Shown here piece by piece: positions 1 through 10,553 of a stretch of 64,000 bases of DNA (position 1 is its first letter; every line of letters begins with the position of its first letter). Where the stretch lies: contig JACRMA010000016.1 in assembly GCA_016235085.1 (NCBI GenBank), forward strand, positions 10,425 to 74,424, in the 5' to 3' direction. This DNA comes from Candidatus Zixiibacteriota bacterium. Lineage in GTDB: Bacteria; Zixibacteria; MSB-5A5; WJJR01. Under the pieces are notes generated by a model, which did no database searches, was not told where the DNA came from, and worked only from the letters and a program-made list of their open reading frames with translations. A program made the translations under genes and the position numbers.

Positions 1-2
1 TT

Positions 3-2198
3 TTGACACGCCTGATTCGCGGTGCGCTTAATCCCGATGGCCAGCCACTCGCCGGCTGGCAGAAGATCCTCACGATCTGCGGCAGCGTGTCTGGTTCGTT
101 GTTCATGGCTTTTTCATCGACGCATTGGAACAATGCGGTCGAGGCGGAAGTCTACGGCGCCTCAATGTTCCTCATGATCTCGCTGGCATGGCTGGTGCTG
201 CGGTGGATCGATAAGCGGGGTGAGCCGGGGGCGAATCGATATCTTCTGGCGATTGCGTATCTGGGATTACTGTCCGTGGGCATCCATATGACGGTCTTCC
301 TCGTCATGCCCGTTGTCTTCCTTCTCATCCTCACAGTTGATCAGAGTTTGCGGCGTGACTGGCGTTTTTGGGTTACCGGCCTGACATTGTTTCTGGTCAC
401 TGCTGACGTCCTCTGGTTTCTGGTGTGTGCCGGCGGCTGGCTGCTGATCACGCTGGTGATGGCGGCTTCACGTCAGACCAGAGCAACGTGGAGTCTGTTT
501 GCGGCCATGATGCTTTCGGCCTGGCTGGGCTACAGCTGTCAGTTGTATCTGCCCATCCGATCTCAGCTCAATCCGAACATTGACGAGAGCGATCCTCAGA
601 CATTTGCCGGTTTCCGCAGTTTCATCGAGCGCAAGCAATACGGTCAGACGGGGATGTTCGAGCGCATGTTCACCCGCCGTGGGACGTGGGCCAACCAGCT
701 TGGCGATCATGCGCACATGGGGTTCTATAGGTATTTTCGCGCACAGTACGGGTTCGATGGCTGGGCGATGCTGCCCGTGATGGCACTGGGTTTCTTCGGC
801 GTCTGGTGGATGATCCGGAGGCGGCCGCCATGGGGCATGTTTGTGCTAATGATGTTTCTGGTGGGGTCAGTGGGGCTCGTCTTGTATATGAACTTCGCCG
901 ATGGCCGGGACTATTTCTTCACCCCCGGCTACATCGTGTTTGGCCTGATGATGGGGCTTGGCTTCGTCGGCCTGGCCGACTTGGTCCGGCGGCGGGTGCA
1001 GAAGCCGGCAATGGCGGTTGTCATCGGCGTGGTCGGTGCGCTCCTGCCGCTCCATACGTTGCAGGCGAACTGGCGCGGTGCCGACCGTTCGGTCAATTAC
1101 ACGCCGTATGACTACGCCTACAACCTCCTGCAATCCTGCGCGCCCGGGGCCATCCTCTTTACCGGCGGCGATAATGATACGTTTCCGCTCTGGTGTATTC
1201 AGGAGGTTTACGGAGTCCGTCGTGACGTCTCAGTCATCAATCTTTCACTGGCGCAGACGGATTGGTACGTCTATCAGATGAAACACGTGTGGGGTTTGCC
1301 GGTTACCTGGACCGATGATCAGATTCTATGGACGGTCGAAGATCGCTCGATCGGCGAAGGGTTGCTGCGGCCGAAAGAGCCGTATTTCGATCCTCTCAGC
1401 AAGTCCCGGCACTACCTGTTCCCGACCCGGATCGGCGAGGACGTGCTGGGGCCGGCCGACATGGTGGTGGAGCACATCATTCTCAACAACGCGTGGGAGC
1501 GTCCGGTGTTCTTCTCCGGCTCGCCGGCGGGGAAGTCGCGCCTGCAACTGGAAAAACACACGCGCATGGTGGGCGGTGCGTTCCAGATCGTTCGCGAGGA
1601 CGCGAACTTCGAAGTGGATTACGAGAAGACCGCGGCGCTGCTGGACACCGTCTTCAAATATCGCGGTTACAACAATCCGAAGAACGGCATCGACGATAAC
1701 GCCGTGGGCCTGTCGATGGCATTTCCGGAGAAGATGCTGGCTCTGGCCGACTATTATCATCGCCGCAATGACACGACGAAGTGGGGCTACTGGAATCGCA
1801 AGGCGGCTACTACGTTCCCGTACTACTGGCGATGCCATTCGCAACTCGCCGAACAGCTCAAGTCCCAGGGTGACACTGCTGGAGCGCAGGCGGTCATCCA
1901 GAAGGGGATCGAGTCCATCGGCGCGTACGTGCGCGAGATGCCGGACAACCGGTTGTACTGGTTGTTCTGGGGGAAGCTTTGCGAAGCGGCCGGACGCAAT
2001 GATGAGGCGAATGAATATCTGAGAACGTCGTTCTATATGAATCCGTACGATCAAATGACCTATCAGTCGTACGTCGCGAACTGCATGAGCCAGGGCAAGA
2101 CGGCGCAGGCGGCAGCGGCTGCCAGAAAGTGGCTAGAGTACTTCCCGGACGACGGCCAGGCCCGTTCGCTGGCCTCCGGGATCGCCTCTAAAGGCTGA
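3..2198 (+). CDS. DUF2723/TMEM260-like multi-pass membrane glycosyltransferase (GT-C type) with C-terminal TPR-like region; 5' truncated by window edge
   Basis: AVEAEVY, LPIRS..NP.IDE..P, RDYFF and FTGGDNDTFPLW motifs; many TM helices. Confidence 0.85.
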   Translation: MTRLIRGALNPDGQPLAGWQKILTICGSVSGSLFMAFSSTHWNNAVEAEVYGASMFLMISLAWLVLRWIDKRGEPGANRYLLAIAYLGLLSVGIHMTVFLVMPVVFLLILTVDQSLRRDWRFWVTGLTLFLVTADVLWFLVCAGGWLLITLVMAASRQTRATWSLFAAMMLSAWLGYSCQLYLPIRSQLNPNIDESDPQTFAGFRSFIERKQYGQTGMFERMFTRRGTWANQLGDHAHMGFYRYFRAQYGFDGWAMLPVMALGFFGVWWMIRRRPPWGMFVLMMFLVGSVGLVLYMNFADGRDYFFTPGYIVFGLMMGLGFVGLADLVRRRVQKPAMAVVIGVVGALLPLHTLQANWRGADRSVNYTPYDYAYNLLQSCAPGAILFTGGDNDTFPLWCIQEVYGVRRDVSVINLSLAQTDWYVYQMKHVWGLPVTWTDDQILWTVEDRSIGEGLLRPKEPYFDPLSKSRHYLFPTRIGEDVLGPADMVVEHIILNNAWERPVFFSGSPAGKSRLQLEKHTRMVGGAFQIVREDANFEVDYEKTAALLDTVFKYRGYNNPKNGIDDNAVGLSMAFPEKMLALADYYHRRNDTTKWGYWNRKAATTFPYYWRCHSQLAEQLKSQGDTAGAQAVIQKGIESIGAYVREMPDNRLYWLFWGKLCEAAGRNDEANEYLRTSFYMNPYDQMTYQSYVANCMSQGKTAQAAAAARKWLEYFPDDGQARSLASGIASKG

Positions 2199-2228
2199 TT
2201 ACCAAAATCCTTATGAAATGTCTTGATG

Positions 2229-2255
2229 CTCGGGCGGGTGCGATACCCGCCCGAG
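2229..2255. terminator. Perfect 11-bp GC hairpin downstream of the DUF2723 gene
   Basis: CTCGGGCGGGT-GCGAT-ACCCGCCCGAG; weak U-tract. Confidence 0.45.
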
Positions 2256-2316
2256 TCGTTTGGGGATGACTTGAGTTGGACGAAACAAGGCATGCTCCGC
2301 CGCTCGAAGCGTTTTG

Positions 2317-2437
2317 ATGTCTCCGGGGTCGGGATGTGATGAACTAATAATACAACTTGGCTCTGGGCTGGAAGAGAGCGAACGCAGCGTCAATGCGGTG
2401 TGCCAACTACTGAGGCCAGACCCGACCCCGGCGACAT
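2317..2437. ncRNA. Candidate structured RNA (possibly short 6S-like)
   Basis: 17-bp closing stem with one mismatch (2317-2333/2421-2437), AU-rich bubble, inner TTGGC/GCCAA stem with two hairpins. Confidence 0.35.
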
Positions 2438-2692
2438 ACCATCCGCCCAGACAAAAGGAAAGATCGCGTTTCATGGTCATCTGTCAAGGGTGTTTTTGGT
2501 CCTGTTAGTGATTTTTCCGGACGATAACACACCAGAGTTGCGTTCCATGAGTGTGTTGGGAGCAAACGCTGTGGCGAGGAACCGCCGACGCAGCATCAAT
2601 TTGCGGACCTTTCTGTTGCAACGCGGACTCGCGCCGTGTAACTTACGAGATTCCCGGCATCAATTTTGAAGCGGGATGAGAGGAACTCTGAA

Positions 2693-3820
2693 ATGAAGGC
2701 ACTTGTCACCGGTGGAGCCGGATTAATCGGGTCGCACATTGTTGATCTTCTCCTGGAGCGGGGCCACACAGTCCGCATCCTCGACAACCTGGAACCGACA
2801 GTTCACTTGGAGGGGCGCCCCGCCTGGATTCCCAAGGATGCCGAGTTTATCGAAGCCGACGTCCGTGATGAATCCGCCTGGGAACGGGCCCTGGCCGGTG
2901 TGGATACCGTCTTCCACCAGGCTGCCTATGGCGGATTCGCCCCCGAGATTTCAAAGATGACGGCGGTCAATGCCCTCGGCACGACGCTGATGTTCGAAGT
3001 GATCAAGAAGAAAGCGTTGCCGATTCGCTGGGTGGTGACAGCGTCGTCTCAGGCGATCTACGGCGAGGGGCTTTACGCGTGCAAGACGCATGGCGAGTTT
3101 CACCCGCCGATCCGGTCGGAGGAACGTTTCCGCCGCGGGCAGTGGGAAGTTCCCTGTCCCCAGTGCGGAGTGGACGCGGCCGGATGCGCGACACGCGAGT
3201 CGACCGACGCCGATGTCACCGGCGTCTATTCCATCTCAAAGTATTTCGAAGAGCGTCTGACCCTGGCGATGGGGCGTGAACTGGGATTCGGTGTCACCGC
3301 GTTGCGCTATTCGCTGACGTATGGCCCGCGCCAGTCGCTGTTCAATCCGTATTCCGGGATTTGTTCGATTTTTTCCACGCGTCTGCTCAATGGCCTGGCG
3401 CCGGTGATTTACGAGGATGGAAAACAGTCGCGCGACTTCATCTTTGTGAAAGACGTGGCCGCTGCCAATGTTCTCGTCTCCGAGGAGCCGCGCGCCAACG
3501 GCCGGGTATTCAATGTCGGCACCGGTCGCGCCACCACGGTCGCGGACTTTGCCCGCAAGCTGGCCAAGGCCTACGGCGTGAACATCGAGCCGTCAACGCC
3601 CGGATTCTTCCGCCCGATTGATCTGCGGCATTTGTTCGCCAACACCGAGCAGTTGGGAGCCCTGGGCTTCAAAGCGGCCCACACGGTGGACCAGGGGATT
3701 GCCCAGTATGTCGCCTGGATCAAGTCGTGCGGACAGCCGAAAGAGTACTTCACTCGCGCCGAAGAGTATCTCAAGCAATTGCGGATTGTGCGGCAAGCCG
3801 ATCTGGCGGCCGCCCGCTAA
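2693..3820 (+). CDS. NAD-dependent nucleotide-sugar epimerase/dehydratase (extended SDR)
   Basis: TGGAGLIG, YSISK (YxxxK), YGPRQ; CxxH...CxxC insert. Confidence 0.9.
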   Translation: MKALVTGGAGLIGSHIVDLLLERGHTVRILDNLEPTVHLEGRPAWIPKDAEFIEADVRDESAWERALAGVDTVFHQAAYGGFAPEISKMTAVNALGTTLMFEVIKKKALPIRWVVTASSQAIYGEGLYACKTHGEFHPPIRSEERFRRGQWEVPCPQCGVDAAGCATRESTDADVTGVYSISKYFEERLTLAMGRELGFGVTALRYSLTYGPRQSLFNPYSGICSIFSTRLLNGLAPVIYEDGKQSRDFIFVKDVAAANVLVSEEPRANGRVFNVGTGRATTVADFARKLAKAYGVNIEPSTPGFFRPIDLRHLFANTEQLGALGFKAAHTVDQGIAQYVAWIKSCGQPKEYFTRAEEYLKQLRIVRQADLAAAR

Positions 3821-3840
3821 GACGCGAGAAGCGATTCGTT

Positions 3841-4629
3841 ATGTCACAATCTGACCTTCAGAGATCGTCGGTAGAATCCGCCGGCCAGCGTCCCAAGCTG
3901 CGCGTGGTCAGTTGCATCCTTTGCTACAATGAAGCGCGAAAGATCGGACCGCTGATTCAGCGATTCATGGATCCGGCGGTTGAAGCCGTGGTCGATACGG
4001 TGCTCATCATCGACGACGGTTCCACTGATGGGTCGGTGGAGGCGATCAACGCCGTGGGCAACCCGCGCGTGGTGATCATTTCGCATGGCAAGAACCTTGG
4101 TCCCGGCACGGCGATCCGGGCTGGTTACAACTACGCCATCAAGAACGGATTCGATGTCTTCACTCTAATGGCGGGAAACGGTAAAGACGACCCGCATCTC
4201 ATCCCCGCCCTGGTCGCCCCGATTCTCGAAGACCGTGCCGATTATGTCCAGGGCTCGCGATTTGCAAAGGGCGGGCTGAGCCGTGGACTGCCGCCCCATC
4301 GCTGGATCGCGATGAAGCTGTACACTTGGACGTTTTCCATGGCGTTGCGCAAGCGGCTGACCGATGCCACCAACGGCTTTCGAGCCTACCGGATTTCGCT
4401 GCTGAAGGATCCGCGCATCGATTGGAATCAGCCCTGGCTCGGTTTTTCGTACGAAATCGAGTTCTACTTGTTATTCAAGGTCAACGCGCTGAAGTTCCGT
4501 GTGGCCGAAGTGCCGGTGTCCAAGGTTTACAATTTCGAGAAGACGGAGTCCTACACCAAAGTACGTCCCGTCGACTGGCTTAAGAATCTCAAGCCGCTGT
4601 TTCTGCTCTGGTTCGGTTTCCGCAAGTAA
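3841..4629 (+). CDS. Glycosyltransferase family 2 (DPM1-like)
   Basis: CYNE, DDGSTD, GSRF, D..NGFRAY motifs. Confidence 0.9.
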   Translation: MSQSDLQRSSVESAGQRPKLRVVSCILCYNEARKIGPLIQRFMDPAVEAVVDTVLIIDDGSTDGSVEAINAVGNPRVVIISHGKNLGPGTAIRAGYNYAIKNGFDVFTLMAGNGKDDPHLIPALVAPILEDRADYVQGSRFAKGGLSRGLPPHRWIAMKLYTWTFSMALRKRLTDATNGFRAYRISLLKDPRIDWNQPWLGFSYEIEFYLLFKVNALKFRVAEVPVSKVYNFEKTESYTKVRPVDWLKNLKPLFLLWFGFRK

Positions 4630-4634
4630 AGAAA

Positions 4635-4662
4635 AAGGGTCCCGCTTGGCAGCAGGACCCTT
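4635..4662. terminator. Intrinsic terminator between convergent genes
   Basis: AAGGGTCCCGCT-TGGC-AGCAGGACCCTT with A-tract on the left. Confidence 0.65.
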
Positions 4663-4687
4663 CTCAGTACAATAGTTTCAACTCAGG

Positions 4688-6220
4688 TTAGACGCCGGCT
4701 TTCGCGGTCAGTGCCTTTTCGATCGAACCGGCGAGCTTTTCACCACGGCAATCGTCGCCCATGGCGACGAGCGATCCATCGCGTCCCACCAGCACCGGGC
4801 TGGGAATTCCGCGAACCAGATATGCTTTGACCAACGGGCCGTTCCAATCGTGCTGGTCATAGACATGGCGCCAACTCATGCCCTTGTCGGTGATCCACTT
4901 GCGATAATCGTCCGGGGTTGTCTTGTCGGCGTAGTCGAGTGAAATCGATAGAACGTCGAATCCCTGGTCGTGGTATTTCTGATAAGCGGCGAGCAGGCCC
5001 GGCAATTCGCCACGGCACGGGCCGCACCACGTGGCCCAGAAATCGACCAGCACCACCCGGCCCTTATACTGATCCAGGCTGACCGGTTTGTCGTCGATGT
5101 CGACCGCCTGGATGGGAATCGGCCAGAGCGAGGCGACGACGTCGCCCTGGAAGAAGGCGCCGGCGACCTGCATGGCGGGCTCGTCGTTCTTGAATTTTTC
5201 CGTAAACGCACGAACCTTGGGGAGAACGGCTTCCTTGTTCTGGGCCGCTTCGATCAAATCAAACATCAATTGCCACGCATTGGCGGCTCCGTCGAACTTG
5301 GTCCCGGGTTGCACTTGGGTTAGGCGGGCCCGGGCGGCCAGGGTTGCGGATGCCCAATCGGGGTCGGTGGGCATGCTGGGATGCTTGCGGCAATACAGCG
5401 CCAGTCCGCCCCGATACTGCGCCTCACTCTGGCCTTCGACCGATGGATTGGTGGCTACATAATCATCCACTTCCTTGACCGTGCCGTCGGCGATCGGTCC
5501 CCATGAGACGTAAATTGACTTGATCCTGGAGATAGCGCGAATCCGTTCGAGACCGTAGTCGAATGTCGGATCGGCCTTCTTCAACTCCTTCAACGCCGCC
5601 ATCCGTTTGGCCTCGAGATCGACGAGTGCCGACGCGTGCTGCCAGCCATACCAGATTGACCGATTACGACGAATGATCTGCTGCTGTCCCGCGACCCATC
5701 GTTCGAGGCTGTCGGTGCTGGGAAATGCGATTGCCGAGGGATAGGTTGGCAACCCATTGGCAAAGGCGCCTTCTTTGGCATTCTGCGTTGCGGACGCGCG
5801 AGCAACCAGAGGGGCAAAACGCGGATCGGCACGCAAAGCCGCGAGGTCTTCGTCCCCATTGAGCTGCTCGGTATCGTCCCAACCCTGGGCGACGGCTTTG
5901 TCCAGCCACTCGATGCCCTTGTCAACCTGCTTGACGCGTCCGTAGGCGCAGGCGGAATTGTATGCGGCCCACTTCCCGGCAGGGATTAACGCTGCCTGGC
6001 GGCCAAATGCGGCCACCGCCTCCTCGGTCTTCCCCTGGTCCATCAACTGGTATCCCGAATCGTTGAGGGCGTTGTATTGTGCAATCAGAGCGGCATCATA
6101 CGCCTGCGGCGCCTGGACCTTGGCGACCTTCGCGTCCTCAATACTCGCCTGCTGTTGGGAGCAACCCAGGCTGCACAACATGACGGCCAGCGTCAGCAGG
6201 AAAATCAATCGTCTTGTCAT
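4688..6220 (-). CDS. Lipoprotein with TPR-like N-terminus and TlpA/ResA-type thioredoxin domain
   Basis: Lipobox SLGC; FWATWCGPC; YNSACAY TPR-like motif. Confidence 0.85.
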   Translation of the reverse strand: MTRRLIFLLTLAVMLCSLGCSQQQASIEDAKVAKVQAPQAYDAALIAQYNALNDSGYQLMDQGKTEEAVAAFGRQAALIPAGKWAAYNSACAYGRVKQVDKGIEWLDKAVAQGWDDTEQLNGDEDLAALRADPRFAPLVARASATQNAKEGAFANGLPTYPSAIAFPSTDSLERWVAGQQQIIRRNRSIWYGWQHASALVDLEAKRMAALKELKKADPTFDYGLERIRAISRIKSIYVSWGPIADGTVKEVDDYVATNPSVEGQSEAQYRGGLALYCRKHPSMPTDPDWASATLAARARLTQVQPGTKFDGAANAWQLMFDLIEAAQNKEAVLPKVRAFTEKFKNDEPAMQVAGAFFQGDVVASLWPIPIQAVDIDDKPVSLDQYKGRVVLVDFWATWCGPCRGELPGLLAAYQKYHDQGFDVLSISLDYADKTTPDDYRKWITDKGMSWRHVYDQHDWNGPLVKAYLVRGIPSPVLVGRDGSLVAMGDDCRGEKLAGSIEKALTAKAGV

Positions 6221-6261
6221 CCCTTCCTCCTCGTTGATTCGGCAAACTCAATTGGCTCTAA

Positions 6262-7749
6262 TTAGTCTATTCGAAGCGGGTTTTTCCACCGAAACCTATT
6301 GGCACCTTTAACGGTGCCCAGCCACAAGTAGTCACCTTCCACAACAATACGTTGAACAAAGCCATCCAATAGTCCGTCGGCCACAGTAAACATGCGTCTC
6401 TCGTGTGTCGCGGGAACCACGCGCAACAAACCACTGGGCGTGGCGGCCCAGACGATACTGTCAGCGGTCACGGCGATTTCGTAGATGTTGTCGTCAGGGA
6501 GAATGCTGGGGCTTTCCAGGGCTTCCACCGGTTCGCGTCCGGTCAGATCGATGATCGCAATGCCATGATCCGAACCGACATAGAGCTTGTGGCGCGTGGC
6601 GGCCAGGGCTCGCACTCTGCCCGCCAGGGGACCTTCACCAGTGGCAAATCGCCGCCAGTCCGGCGTGGGTTTGGCGAGACGCATCAAACCCCGATCGGTA
6701 GCCAGCCAGACCACATCGCCGGTCACCTCAATGTCGTAGACACGCGCATTGCGCACGGCTTCGGTATTCGCGTGGAAGATCGAATCCCGCGGCAGGTACA
6801 GACCATTGATCCCGAGCTCGGTGCCGATCCAGAGGATGTCACCGTCGAGTGTCAGCGCATGCACCCGCTCATCAACCAAGCCTTCACGCTGGCCATAGGT
6901 TAGGAAGCCATCCGTCTTCCGATCCATCCGTACAAGTCCGCGGTCGGTTGCCAGCCAGAGGTACCGGCCACCGGGATCACCGGCGATCCGCTCGACGTTG
7001 TCCGAGGCGAAACCCTCGGTGAACCTGGCCTCGATGTAGCGCCAATCGCCCGAAACGGTATCCCAGATTGTCAGTGCATTGGCGCCGTCATAGAAATTGG
7101 GACCGCCGAAGACCATCCCGGACGAGTCCATGTAAATTGCCTGAACATCGTTCTGGAAGAGTCCCCACCTCTGGGGAGTGATTTGAAACGTCCCGGGCGG
7201 GATCGTCAGGACAAATTGCCCCCACGTGCCAATCCACCGCGTTCCCCAGCTGTCGTCGAGATACCCCCGGATTTCATAGGATCGCATCTGAGGGTCAGTG
7301 ATGTATCCCGCGGTGAGGCCATCGTAACCGAAAGGAAAACTCAAACCCCGCAGCTCAAAACGCAGCCATGGCTGTTCGAGCGTGTCGGGGAATTGGTCGG
7401 CGTCTTCCCATTCGCGGAAGCCCGGACGGTACACCGAAACTCCGGAGGGCGTCTCGGCCCAAAGTTCGTCCGTTTGACCGTCATAAGCGAGCCGGTGCAC
7501 GTTGTTGGCGCGCAGTCCCTCTGCCGTGGTGAGTGCCGGGAGCCATTGGTCGCGGTGCCGGTCGTAGCGCGCGACTCCTCCGCGGGTGCCAAAGTACATG
7601 AAATCCTGTGTGACGATCGCCGCATGAACATAACGGACAGATGTGTAGGCAACCCAATCGCCGAAGAAATAACGGGGATTCTGGCCCCCCGGCACACTGG
7701 CCGCGGGGATCAATGCGAGAAGCACTGCGAGCGGCAAGAGCCGTTTCAT
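6262..7749 (-). CDS. Secreted beta-propeller repeat protein
   Basis: Signal peptide; repeated LW(I/L)(G/A)T..G(L/I) blades. Confidence 0.75.
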   Translation of the reverse strand: MKRLLPLAVLLALIPAASVPGGQNPRYFFGDWVAYTSVRYVHAAIVTQDFMYFGTRGGVARYDRHRDQWLPALTTAEGLRANNVHRLAYDGQTDELWAETPSGVSVYRPGFREWEDADQFPDTLEQPWLRFELRGLSFPFGYDGLTAGYITDPQMRSYEIRGYLDDSWGTRWIGTWGQFVLTIPPGTFQITPQRWGLFQNDVQAIYMDSSGMVFGGPNFYDGANALTIWDTVSGDWRYIEARFTEGFASDNVERIAGDPGGRYLWLATDRGLVRMDRKTDGFLTYGQREGLVDERVHALTLDGDILWIGTELGINGLYLPRDSIFHANTEAVRNARVYDIEVTGDVVWLATDRGLMRLAKPTPDWRRFATGEGPLAGRVRALAATRHKLYVGSDHGIAIIDLTGREPVEALESPSILPDDNIYEIAVTADSIVWAATPSGLLRVVPATHERRMFTVADGLLDGFVQRIVVEGDYLWLGTVKGANRFRWKNPLRID

Positions 7750-8936
7750 CCGTTGCCCTCGAACTGCCGAACTCGCTCGACCAGCCGTGTCACTTCCTCG
7801 GATGTGTTATGGAAATGGGGGGAGACCCGGATTGTCCCTTCGCGGAATGAGGTGTGAATCTTGTGAGCCTTCAGATGCTCGTACAATTCCCGGATACGCG
7901 GACCGGTCAGGGCCAGTATGCCGGATCGATGGTTCGGACCCTTTTCGAAGGCCACCCGGTATTGGGTTCCCTCCAAATCTCTGATGAGCTGATCGAGCAG
8001 GGATTGAATGATGGACCAAACCTGATGCTTGCCACACTCCTCTAAAATGGCCAGACCGGTTTCGGCGAATCGGATCGAGAAGAATGGATAGGTTCCAGTC
8101 TCCCAGCGGCGGCCATCCGCGAAGCTGGGTTTGTTCCAATCCTTGAGGTCTTCGAATCGGTACCCCCAGTCGACACTCAGCCAGCCCGATTCCAGCGGTT
8201 CCACGGCTCGGATGGGGCGTGAGGAGATGTAGAAGAACCCGGCGCCTGTTTGCCCGAAGAGCCATTTCTGGGCGCCGCATGCCAGCGCATCAATTCCGAT
8301 TTGTTCGGCTTCGAGCGGGACGGAGCCAACACCCTGGATAGCATCGACCAGTACAAAACAGCCTTTGGCATGACAGAGATCGGTGATCGTTTTCAGGTCG
8401 TACCGGTACCCGTTGAAGTACTGAACATACGATATCGCGAGCACGGCGGAGGTTTGCGAGAGCGCCTTCTCCAGGGTCCCGATCTCGAGATATCCCTCCG
8501 GGCAAGGAAGAGGCTCGATCTTCAAATCCAGCTTCTTCGCGATGTTCTTGACGGCGTAAACCAGAGCGGGGAATTCGATCTCCGGCAGCAGAATTCGTTC
8601 CCCTTTGCGGAGTCCCAATCCCCAGAGAACCGCGTTCAATCCACATGACGTATTCGGTGCAAACCCGATCCGGTCGGCATTCGCCCCGATCAGCCGTGCG
8701 AAGCGTCCCTTCGCGCTGGCGAGCATCGCGAACGTTTCGTCATCAACGTCAGGTCCGGGGGCCAGCTGTCCCCAGCGTTTGATCAGCGATTCGGCGGCGA
8801 GTCGGCCACGTCGCGTGACCGGTCCGAACGAAGCGTGGTTGAGAAACACGTTGTCGGGAGCGATTTCGAATTCACATTTCCAGTCGCGATGCGACGCCGG
8901 CTGGGTCCTTACGGTCACCGTTGAACTCCCATCCAT
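7746..8936 (-). CDS. Class V PLP aminotransferase (cysteine desulfurase-like)
   Basis: LNHASFGP, VDAIQGVG, GAQKWL, IRVSPHFHN. Confidence 0.88.
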   Translation of the reverse strand: MDGSSTVTVRTQPASHRDWKCEFEIAPDNVFLNHASFGPVTRRGRLAAESLIKRWGQLAPGPDVDDETFAMLASAKGRFARLIGANADRIGFAPNTSCGLNAVLWGLGLRKGERILLPEIEFPALVYAVKNIAKKLDLKIEPLPCPEGYLEIGTLEKALSQTSAVLAISYVQYFNGYRYDLKTITDLCHAKGCFVLVDAIQGVGSVPLEAEQIGIDALACGAQKWLFGQTGAGFFYISSRPIRAVEPLESGWLSVDWGYRFEDLKDWNKPSFADGRRWETGTYPFFSIRFAETGLAILEECGKHQVWSIIQSLLDQLIRDLEGTQYRVAFEKGPNHRSGILALTGPRIRELYEHLKAHKIHTSFREGTIRVSPHFHNTSEEVTRLVERVRQFEGNG

Positions 8937-8956
8937 GTTGCATTCCCTTTGCTGTT

Positions 8957-9364
8957 TCAGATTACCAGGAGCCAGCCGATCAGGGTCAAGGCCCCGCCGA
9001 TTCGTAGAAAGTCAATCAACAGCAGCCAAAACGCCCGATCCCAACCGGTGCGGGGGGCATCGAGCAAACGCGCGGGCACCAGGCCGAACAGAAAGCCAAG
9101 CAGAGCCACGGCAAGACCTGCGCGAGCACCGGTAAATGGGATCATCGGTTGGAGGAAGTCGAGAATCACCGTGGGGAGCAGCCCCAGAAACAGAAGATTG
9201 GCAAACAGGACGACCGAGATGTTGTCCCACACGGTCCCGCCCGAGGCGAGATTGCCGCGTTGGGAAAACCATCGCCGGTCACCCCAGTGTCCCACCAGCG
9301 TGACCGCCACACCCAACAGCCACGGGGGAATGATGCGAAGCAGATTTCCGGTTGTGCCCATCAT
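8957..9364 (-). CDS. Small hypothetical membrane protein (~4 TM)
   Basis: Hydrophobic segments; co-directional, tightly packed with neighbours. Confidence 0.6.
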   Translation of the reverse strand: MMGTTGNLLRIIPPWLLGVAVTLVGHWGDRRWFSQRGNLASGGTVWDNISVVLFANLLFLGLLPTVILDFLQPMIPFTGARAGLAVALLGFLFGLVPARLLDAPRTGWDRAFWLLLIDFLRIGGALTLIGWLLVI

Positions 9365-9375
9365 AAACGTTTACC

Positions 9376-10368
9376 CTACAACCAGCCGTTCGCCCGGTAC
9401 CATTCGACGGTCTGCTTCGTGCCCTCGGCGAATGGAATCCGGGATTGATAGCCGAGGCGGGACATGGCCTTCTCGATTGAACAGGTCCAGTCATTCTGCA
9501 TGAAATCGCGTGCTTTATGGCGATTCAGTTTGGGCGTGAACCCTCCGACCTTGCCCACCAGTTCGGCAATGCCGGCAATGGTGAGCAGGAGAGGTCCCGG
9601 GATTCGAACTCGCACGGCCCAGGTTCCCAGGGCCGCCTGAATCAGATCTTCCGCCGTTGCCAGATCGTAATGCTGATTCTCCGCGATGAAGAATACCTCG
9701 CCGACGGCCTCGGGTTTCTCGGCCGCCAGCAAGATCCCGTCCACAAGGTCCGTTATGTGAACCATGGTCATACGAACGGGCGGGTTCTTGAACAGGGGCT
9801 TGATGTGCCAGTTCACGGCCTGAAAGAAGCCCAGAACCTCGGTGTCGCCCGGGCCATAGACGGCTGGTGGCCGCACGACAGTCACCGGCATGCGATCCGC
9901 ACGTTTCCGCACGGCCAGTTCCCCCTCCAGCTTGCTGATGCCATACGGGGTTGTTGGCGATTCCGGGTCGATCTCTGACTTGGCGTGGCCATCGCGAGCC
10001 GGCCCGGCGGCGGCGAGAGAGGAGACATACACAAATCGCTGGAGAGTGGATCTCGATCCCTCGGCGGCGTCAAGCAGGTTGATTGTGCCCTGCACATTGG
10101 CCATCCGATAGGCGGCCAAATCCGGCGCTTTGACTCGTCCGGCGACATGGAAGATCAGACCGGCATCCTTGCACCCTTGAGCCAGAGCCTCGCGATCGTT
10201 CAGGTCGCCTTCGATCCATTCAATGTTGACATTCGCAACACGAGTGCGATCCGCCCCCTTACGCACCAGAGCACGGATGGGATAGCCCGCTTGATCCAGC
10301 GCACGTGCCAGATGCGATCCGACAAAACCATTGGCTCCAGTGATGAAAACAGCGGGGCGGGTGGGCAT
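9376..10368 (-). CDS. NAD(P)-dependent epimerase/reductase (extended SDR; candidate ceramide/3-ketosphinganine reductase)
   Basis: ITGANGFVG, VSSLAA, YGISK, RPPAVYGPGD; start set at ATG before the Rossmann motif. Confidence 0.85.
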   Translation of the reverse strand: MPTRPAVFITGANGFVGSHLARALDQAGYPIRALVRKGADRTRVANVNIEWIEGDLNDREALAQGCKDAGLIFHVAGRVKAPDLAAYRMANVQGTINLLDAAEGSRSTLQRFVYVSSLAAAGPARDGHAKSEIDPESPTTPYGISKLEGELAVRKRADRMPVTVVRPPAVYGPGDTEVLGFFQAVNWHIKPLFKNPPVRMTMVHITDLVDGILLAAEKPEAVGEVFFIAENQHYDLATAEDLIQAALGTWAVRVRIPGPLLLTIAGIAELVGKVGGFTPKLNRHKARDFMQNDWTCSIEKAMSRLGYQSRIPFAEGTKQTVEWYRANGWL

Positions 10369-10553
10369 GTTAGCCACTTTGAAACCCCCGGCCTTGGGCA
10401 AAACGCTCTTGACAGTCGCCCTGCCGCCGGGTTGCTTGGGACGGACGTGACCCCCAAGCTGGATCGGTCCGTCTTTGTCGTCGCGCGGTTCGGCGGCCAC
10501 TGGGGCAGCACTGAAGGACGCGCGAGGTAACAATCAAACTACGGATACTTCTT

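Noticed and set aside
2336..2413. Box C/D-like motifs (GTGATGA...CTGA) or retron a1/a2 repeats
   Set aside because: Box D does not abut the stem, C/D guides are not bacterial, and no reverse transcriptase is present.
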